A model generated the notes under the pieces. That model worked only from the letters and a program-made list of their open reading frames with translations, searched no databases and was not told the DNA's origin. From Octopus bimaculoides (lineage: Eukaryota), in the NCBI RefSeq assembly GCF_001194135.2, contig NC_068982.1, positions 186,299,874 to 186,340,248 of the forward strand: a stretch of 40,375 bases of DNA, written 5' to 3'. Shown in pieces: positions 33,115 to 40,375 of this stretch; the first letter of the stretch is position 1; every line of letters begins with the position of its first letter. The position numbers and the translations under genes are program-made.

Positions 33115-34719
33115 NNNNNNNNNNNNNNNNNNNNNNNNNNNNNNNNNNNNNNNNNNNNNNNNNNNNNNNNNNNNNNNNNNNNNNNNNNNNNNNNNNNNNN
33201 NNNNNNNNNNNNNNNNNNNNNNNNNNNNNNNNNNNNNNNNNNNNNNNNNNNNNNNNNNNNNNNNNNNNNNNNNNNNNNNNNNNNNNNNNNNNNNNNNNNN
33301 NNNNNNNNNNNNNNNNNNNNNNNNNNNNNNNNNNNNNNNNNNNNNNNNNNNNNNNNNNNNNNNNNNNNNNNNNNNNNNNNNNNNNNNNNNNNNNNNNNNN
33401 NNNNNNNNNNNNNNNNNNNNNNNNNNNNNNNNNNNNNNNNNNNNNNNNNNNNNNNNNNNNNNNNNNNNNNNNNNNNNNNNNNNNNNNNNNNNNNNNNNNN
33501 NNNNNNNNNNNNNNNNNNNNNNNNNNNNNNNNNNNNNNNNNNNNNNNNNNNNNNNNNNNNNNNNNNNNNNNNNNNNNNNNNNNNNNNNNNNNNNNNNNNN
33601 NNNNNNNNNNNNNNNNNNNNNNNNNNNNNNNNNNNNNNNNNNNNNNNNNNNNNNNNNNNNNNNNNNNNNNNNNNNNNNNNNNNNNNNNNNNNNNNNNNNN
33701 NNNNNNNNNNNNNNNNNNNNNNNNNNNNNNNNNNNNNNNNNNNNNNNNNNNNNNNNNNNNNNNNNNNNNNNNNNNNNNNNNNNNNNNNNNNNNNNNNNNN
33801 NNNNNNNNNNNNNNNNNNNNNNNNNNNNNNNNNNNNNNNNNNNNNNNNNNNNNNNNNNNNNNNNNNNNNNNNNNNNNNNNNNNNNNNNNNNNNNNNNNNN
33901 NNNNNNNNNNNNNNNNNNNNNNNNNNNNNNNNNNNNNNNNNNNNNNNNNNNNNNNNNNNNNNNNNNNNNNNNNNNNNNNNNNNNNNNNNNNNNNNNNNNN
34001 NNNNNNNNNNNNNATTTCATTTGTTAGATATTTATAGTGAGGTTGTGTCTGTGCGTGCGTGCGTACGTGTATGTGTGTGTTTGTGTGTTTGATGTGCTTA
34101 TGTAATATATGTGTTTGATCTTCTGCCTTTTATGCCTGTATACGTTTGATGTTTCTGTATATATGTGTGTGTGTGTGTTTATTTCTTATTTCATTTACAA
34201 TTAGTCTCACCTTTTCTGCAAAACATGCCAGATTCTACAGCAATTTGGCAAGATAATATCTATTAACAACACTTCGCTACACTTTCAAATGTAAGGTTGG
34301 ACATTAGATAAAATCGATTTATTTCCAATCAGATATCAATAAACACCTTTAATTCCCACTACTTAAATCCCTTTTTATTTAAATTAATTTTCCCTTGGGA
34401 TTCCAGAATTTTGAAAGATCTATCAACTCAATAAACCTGTTTTATCAATAAACAACAAACTAATTATCCTAACTGAATAATTAATATGTTAATGAACAAT
34501 TACAGATCTTCGTTTGCAGTCTTTTAAACTCGCTAGCTTCAGTTTGGTTTCCGTGCCTGCTCTCACGAATGGTCACGAATATTCTTTTCTACTCCAGGCA
34601 CAATGCCCGAAGTTTTTGGGGAGGGAAGGGCAGTCGATTAAATCGACTCCAGTAACGCAAAGGGTACTTAATTTTTTGGCCCCGAAAGGAAGAAAGGCAA
34701 AGTCGATCTCGGCAGAATA

Positions 34720-35311
34720 GGGATCTTTTTTAAAACGGGGGCCACATTTTTCATTAATGTTTTACGTAGTGTTTTTGGTACGAAAAGACTTTCAAACTTC
34801 GTATACTTATCTATTTTGTGTTATAGAACAGAAAATTATTTTTGTATTCGAATTTATTTCATGTAAAAAATGGTCTTATTTCGATAANNNNNNNNNNNNN
34901 NNNNNNNNNNNNNNNNNNNNNNNNNNNNNNNNNNNNNNNNNNNNNNNNNNNNNNNNNNNNNNNNNNNNNNNNNNNNNNNNNNNNNNNNNNNNNNNNNNNN
35001 NNNNNNNNNNNNNNNNNNNNNNNNNNNNNNNNNNNNNNNNNNNNNNNNNNNNNNNNNNNNNNNNNNNNNNNNNNNNNNNNNNNNNNNNNNNNNNNNNNNN
35101 NNNNNNNNNNNNNNNNNNNNNNNNNNNNNNNNNNNNNNNNNNNNNNNNNNNNNNNNNNNNNNNNNNNNNNNNNNNNNNNNNNNNNNNNTTTCTTTTTTCT
35201 TTTAAGAAGACTAAGAGAAAAAGATGTTTTATATGACACATTCTACCAGTGTTCCAAGTTTCAAAGTGTTTCGTTAATGAAAAATGTGGCCCCCGTTTTA
35301 AAAAAGATCCC
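34720..35311. mobile_element. Second copy of the fold-back element (centre in gap), inserted in a family C SINE
   Basis: AGAATA-GGGATCTTTTTTAAAACGGGGGCCACAT...ATGTGGCCCCCGTTTTAAAAAAGATCCC-AGAATA. Internal sequence aligns with 28570-28710 and 29225-29315. Confidence 0.85.
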
Positions 35312-35396
35312 AGAATAGAACTCAGAACGTAAAGACATGATATACAGATAAGCATTTCGCCCGGAGTGCTGACGTTTCTGCCAGATCACCGCCTTC

Positions 35397-35760
35397 GCGT
35401 GGTCATGGATATTAAGCAACGATTGAAAGAGGACGATCACAAATGCAAGCAGCCGAAATGGGGTTCCTCCGAAACATCTCTAGAGTAACATTACATGACA
35501 GGGACGTGGGTCGGGGGCCAGGGAGTCTCTTCAGGTTGAGCCGCGACTTCTCTGCATCGTGACGCCACATACTCCGGTAAACACGTACATGTAATTAGAA
35601 TGTCTTAGGAAAGAATCGCAAGACAGATTCTTCAAACCGAGCCAACCGCCAGGAGACCTACAGATTGACCAAGAATGAGATGTTTGAATAATATCCATCA
35701 TCTCTGCTGGTCAAGCTTGGGAATTCAGCTGGAAAGTGTAATGACCGTTGCTTCTGAGAG
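35397..35760 (+). mobile_element. RTE-clade LINE (Expander/Rex3-like) ORF 3' remnant
   Basis: Broken frames QAAEMGFLRNISRVTLHDR, VEPRLLCI, HVIRMS*ERIARQILQTEPTARRP and HLCWSSLGI. Confidence 0.75.
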
Positions 35761-36799
35761 GACCCTATGGATGAGGTTCTGGAGAACTCTATCCGTGTGG
35801 AACACATGCTGGTCCTCACACTGCACAAAAACAACGTGATATGAAGTGTTTTGCTCAAGAACACAACACGCTGGCCGGTCCGGGAACCGAACCCACGACC
35901 TGACGATTGTGAGTGCAACACTTTAACCTGTTCGCCATGCGCCTTCACAGAGAAGATAGGTGGATAATATTTCGAATACTGATCATAGACCCCTAGTATT
36001 AACTTTGAGAACGTCCAGGGTCCATTGACCTACAGTTGGCAAGCGCTACCATTATCCTTTGATGTTAACACGTTTCATTCTTTAACGATGTTATATGATG
36101 TTGAGACAACATTGATCCTGGTATCTCCCTAGACATGTTTTAATCAATAGTATTTAAGTACTAAAGAGCAACAATTGGCCAGACCCACAGAATTCGACAG
36201 ACTTCACTGACAGAAGCATCTGACAAAGGTTTTGATGACAGCTTGATTGGTTTGAGTTTAAATTCTGCCATGGAACCCACCCCCAAAGACTAATGTCTTT
36301 TCAGGGATATTATTCGTAATATCAAATATTTTAACACTGTGAAAACGGAGGAACAATGTTACCTTTAACAATAGAGAGGTTAATAGCAAGAAAGACAACC
36401 TCCATTAGCAATATTTCTGATACAATTCCACAAATGTGTTGTTTGTGTGGTTTTCTAAGGAGAATGAGTGACTCTCCTAGAGTTTTGAAGTGCTGAGACG
36501 TTGAGGAAAGATCAGATAAGTTTTATTTTATATTTAATAAAGCATGCGGGAATCTCTTCGCTAGAAAACATCCTCATATAATGGTTTCTTTTTAGCTTCT
36601 GGTCCCTTGCCAAGAAGAACCTCAGTAACGTGTCACTCTTCAGCCAAGATTAAAAAAAAAACATGCAAAGCAAAAGTAAAGAAATAGAAGGGAAACAACC
36701 AAGGTCGGTGACCCTGTCCACGAGAAACAATTTCACTTCTAAAATCATTTAAAAAGTCAGGAGGCAGAACTTAGTAGTCACCACCACAGCTGCTGCTGG

Positions 36800-36801
36800 T
36801 C

Positions 36802-36838
<37 letters not shown>

Positions 36839-37233
36839 NNNNNNNNNNNNNNNNNNNNNNNNNNNNNNNNNNNNNNNNNNNNNNNNNNNNNNNNNNNNNN
36901 NNNNNNNNNNNNNNNNNNNNNNNNNNNNNNNNNNNNNNNNNNNNNNNNNNNNNNNNNNNNNNNNNNNNNNNNNNNNNNNNNNNNNNNNNNNNNNNNNNNN
37001 NNNNNNNNNNNNNNNNNNNNNNNNNNNNNNNNNNNNNNNNNNNNNNNNNNNNNNNNNNNNNNNNNNNNNNNNNNNNNNNNNNNNNNNNNNNNNNNNNNNN
37101 NNCACCACTACCACCACCACTACTATTACTGTTACTACTACTACTTTTACTACTGCTACTTCTACTACTACTACTACTTCTACTACTACTACTTCTACTA
37201 CTACTACTACTACTACTTCTACTACTACTACTT

Positions 37234-37294
<61 letters not shown>

Positions 37295-37310
37295 GATGAC
37301 GACGACGATG
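36800..37310. repeat. (CTA)n compound trinucleotide repeat spanning a gap
   Basis: CTA runs on both sides of gap 36839-37102. This explains the poly-V/poly-S ORFs. Confidence 0.95.
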
Positions 37311-38387
37311 TAACACCTCACAACTTCCGTGCTATGTAACTCACGCCACTATAGAAGAGAAGGTCAGTGACCACGATCTGAGAGTGGACAGGAGAAAGGA
37401 AGGTGTCATTTTAACGTGGTGTTGTTTAGTCATAGAATTCTTTGTTGGTGGTACACAATATTGGACAGGCTCTGTACCAAGGCAAGAACGACTGATGTTT
37501 GTCTAACTTGGTATATATATATTTTTTTATGAATCCGCAACGTTTATGTCTACATGTGTATATATATATTTGATTTAATGGAACAACATTCACGCGATAA
37601 TAAACATAACGGTTAGGAATGTTTTGTAATACAATATGCTAAATAATTATATGAAAGTAGCTTGCAATTATTGAAGAGGAAACAAGTGGAAAGAGTTAAA
37701 ACTACTACTCGTAATTAAGGTAAGTTATTCGACATTACAACTCAAGGACGGTACTACATGTCGAACACGACACTAGCATGTTAAGTAAGAAAAAATTGAA
37801 AGGGTAAGAGACCAACTTATTAAGCAGAGTGACATGGCTTTATACTCATTGTTGAGTGACTCTGGTCTGAGGTTGAATTCTTCAATTTTAATAACAGTAA
37901 GTAAAAATTTCCGGAACTTTCGATCAAACTATTTGGGGGAAAAAAAAACATGCACATTTCCTTAGAAGTTCCCTCAATCAACCATAACAAGTCAGCCAAT
38001 TTTGATTAGTCTAGCCGTATTTCCGTATTCCCGTATTCCCGTAGGCATAAATCCTTTTTATAGTAAATACATTAGCTTTTATGGTGATACGGTAGATCGT
38101 GGTCCTGAACTGATAAAATCTAAGAGCGACGAGAAACCTGGCCCGAATGGGTGAGGCAGAATGGGCTCCATTAAAGTCACGGTGCCAACTGGTGGTGCTT
38201 AACCGGGCGATGGATTAAATCTTCCACCCAAAAAGGCTGTGGCTGGTTTTGAAAGTAAGACACCAAGAGCCGGAACAAATACCGTAAGTCGTCTGGTCCG
38301 CCGACATTTTTACAATTTCCGCCAATCGATCGCTCCTGGATTGGTACATAATCCTGTTACGACAATAACACTACATACATACATACA

Positions 38388-38421
<34 letters not shown>

Positions 38422-38954
38422 NNNNNNNNNNNNNNNNNNNNNNNNNNNNNNNNNNNNNNNNNNNNNNNNNNNNNNNNNNNNNNNNNNNNNNNNNNNNNNN
38501 NNNNNNNNNNNNNNNNNNNNNNNNNNNNNNNNNNNNNNNNNNNNNNNNNNNNNNNNNNNNNNNNNNNNNNNNNNNNNNNNNNNNNNNNNNNNNNNNNNNN
38601 NNNNNNNNNNNNNNNNNNNNNNNNNNNNNNNNNNNNNNNNNNNNNNNNNNNNNNNNNNNNNNNNNNNNNNNNNNNNNNNNNNNNNNNNNNNNNNNNNNNN
38701 NNNNNNNNNNNNNNNNNNNNNNNNNNNNNNNNNNNNNNNNNNNNNNNNNNNNNNNNNNNNNNNNNNNNNNNNNNNNNNNNNNNNNNNNNNNNNNNNNNNN
38801 NNNNNNNNNNNNNNNNNNNNNNNNNNNNNNNNNNNNNNNNNNNNNNNNNNNNNNNNNNNNNNNNNNNNNNNNNNNNNNNNNNNNNNNNNNNNNNNNNNNN
38901 NNNNNNNNNNNNNCATCAGCAACAGCAGTGATTGTGATTGTTTGAATAAGTTGG

Positions 38955-39079
38955 GTTTTGGATGGATAGGTAGATGGTTATATAGATAGATAGATAGACA
39001 GACAGACAGATAGATAGATAGATAGATGGATAGATAGATAGATGGCTAGATGGATAGATAGATAGATAGACAGACAGAC

Positions 39080-39122
<43 letters not shown>

Positions 39123-39218
39123 CTTCGTCTGTTGTTTTCTGTAAATTTGAACAATATATAACGCGCGCACACACACACACATACACACACACACAAACAC
39201 ACAGACAGACAGACAGAC

Positions 39219-39256
<38 letters not shown>

Positions 39257-39317
39257 ATAAATAGATAGTCTTCGACTATTGTTTTCTGCAAATTTGAACT
39301 ATATATAACGCACACAC

Positions 39318-39352
<35 letters not shown>

Positions 39353-39372
39353 ACGAGAGAGAGAGAGAGATG
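38955..39372. repeat. Compound (GATA)/(GACA)/(CA)/(GA) microsatellite block with duplicated TCTTCG(T/A)CT..TTGTTTTCTG linker
   Basis: Directly visible. The linker occurs at ~39123-39160 and ~39270-39310. Confidence 0.9.
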
Positions 39373-40375
39373 TATTTTATCACTATTGTTAAAACGAAAC
39401 AAATAAAAAAGAAAAACGAAAAAGAAACCCCACTAAGTAAGCTAATATTTTCTGGGTTAATTACCTTCAAACAGCAAACCTAACATTGAGTGGTTTTTCA
39501 CGGCAAATTTTTTAGCGGTAAATTATCTTGAAATAAAGCAGAGAAAAATGTGTGCAATGAAGTGAAGTATGTGGGCAGAAAACATTGCCTTTGTTGTAAG
39601 GAAAAAGAAATTTTTGCATTACGTGAGTAAACAACGAAACGAAGGCTTTCAGGAAAGGCTGTTTCGTTGAGATTCTTTTTAGTATTTATATTAATCAAAG
39701 GTGAGAAAGGAATTATTTATACGGTGGTTACATGTTTGTTTGTTTTAGATTATGAATTACCAGTTGTCGAGTTTACCTCAATGGTTCAGTTCTGAGTTTA
39801 AGAGTTTGAGTTTTCTCATGGAAGTTAACATCTAATGACTGATTGGATTGGTGACCCTCACCCCCTAATATTCAAAATTTATATTTTTTATTACATGATG
39901 ATGATGATAATTTTCTTTTATATGATAACAATGCTAAAACAGTAATAATTCTTTCTACTATTGGCACAAGGCCTGGAATTTATGATCCCAGTAATCAACA
40001 GGTACTTATTTTATCAGCCCCGAAAAGATGAAGGCTAAAGTTAACCCCGGTAGGATACGAACAGAGAACGTAAAGAGCTGGAGAAAATGCCGCTACGTAT
40101 TTTGTCCGACGCGCTTACGATTAGGCCACCTGTGTCCTTAAGAACAACAACAACAACAACAGCAGCAGGCCAGCAATTTTTAGCAGGAGGGTGTTCGTCA
40201 GCATCACCGAGCCTAGTGCTTGACTGGTACTTTATTTTATTGCATTCCCCATCCCGCCCACGACGACCAGCAGCAGCAGTCACCCTGTCAACTGCCACCT
40301 GAACCAACAAAAATATCTCGAGCAAAGGTAATAGGCGTAGGCATGGCTGTGACGTTGTGACGTTGAGAACTTCCC

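Noticed and set aside
32818-34092. Long ORFs (also 2655-3641, 36749-37321, 38239-38931 and other X-filled ORFs)
   Set aside because: Artefacts of N gaps and microsatellites.
39540-39635. Short Cys-rich frame ending at a GTGAGT donor
   Set aside because: In-frame stop just upstream, weak acceptor and no recognisable protein similarity.

Overview
Animal genomic scaffold with eight N-gaps. It is AT-rich and repeat-dense; the repeat landscape suggests an octopod cephalopod (inference). Positions ~1350-17290 hold a spliced + strand CDC6 gene (AAA+ replication licensing ATPase). Nine exons from 4247 to the stop at 17158 splice in phase, and a probable first coding exon lies at 1350-1446 with an unresolved join. 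The rest is interspersed repeats: tRNA-headed SINEs, 3' ends of a non-LTR retroelement, RTE and mariner remnants, several MITEs, a Helitron-like element and microsatellites. Highlights: (1) a tRNA-headed SINE (3-4 copies) carrying a Penelope-type minimal hammerhead ribozyme, one copy inverted; (2) a second repeat family with a variant CUGUUGA hammerhead-like core; (3) a U6 snRNA/retroelement chimera inserted as one unit in a CDC6 intron; (4) a fold-back DNA element with 6-bp TSDs and convergent telomere-like arrays. Repeat boundaries were read by eye and are approximate; family labels A-G are local to this report.
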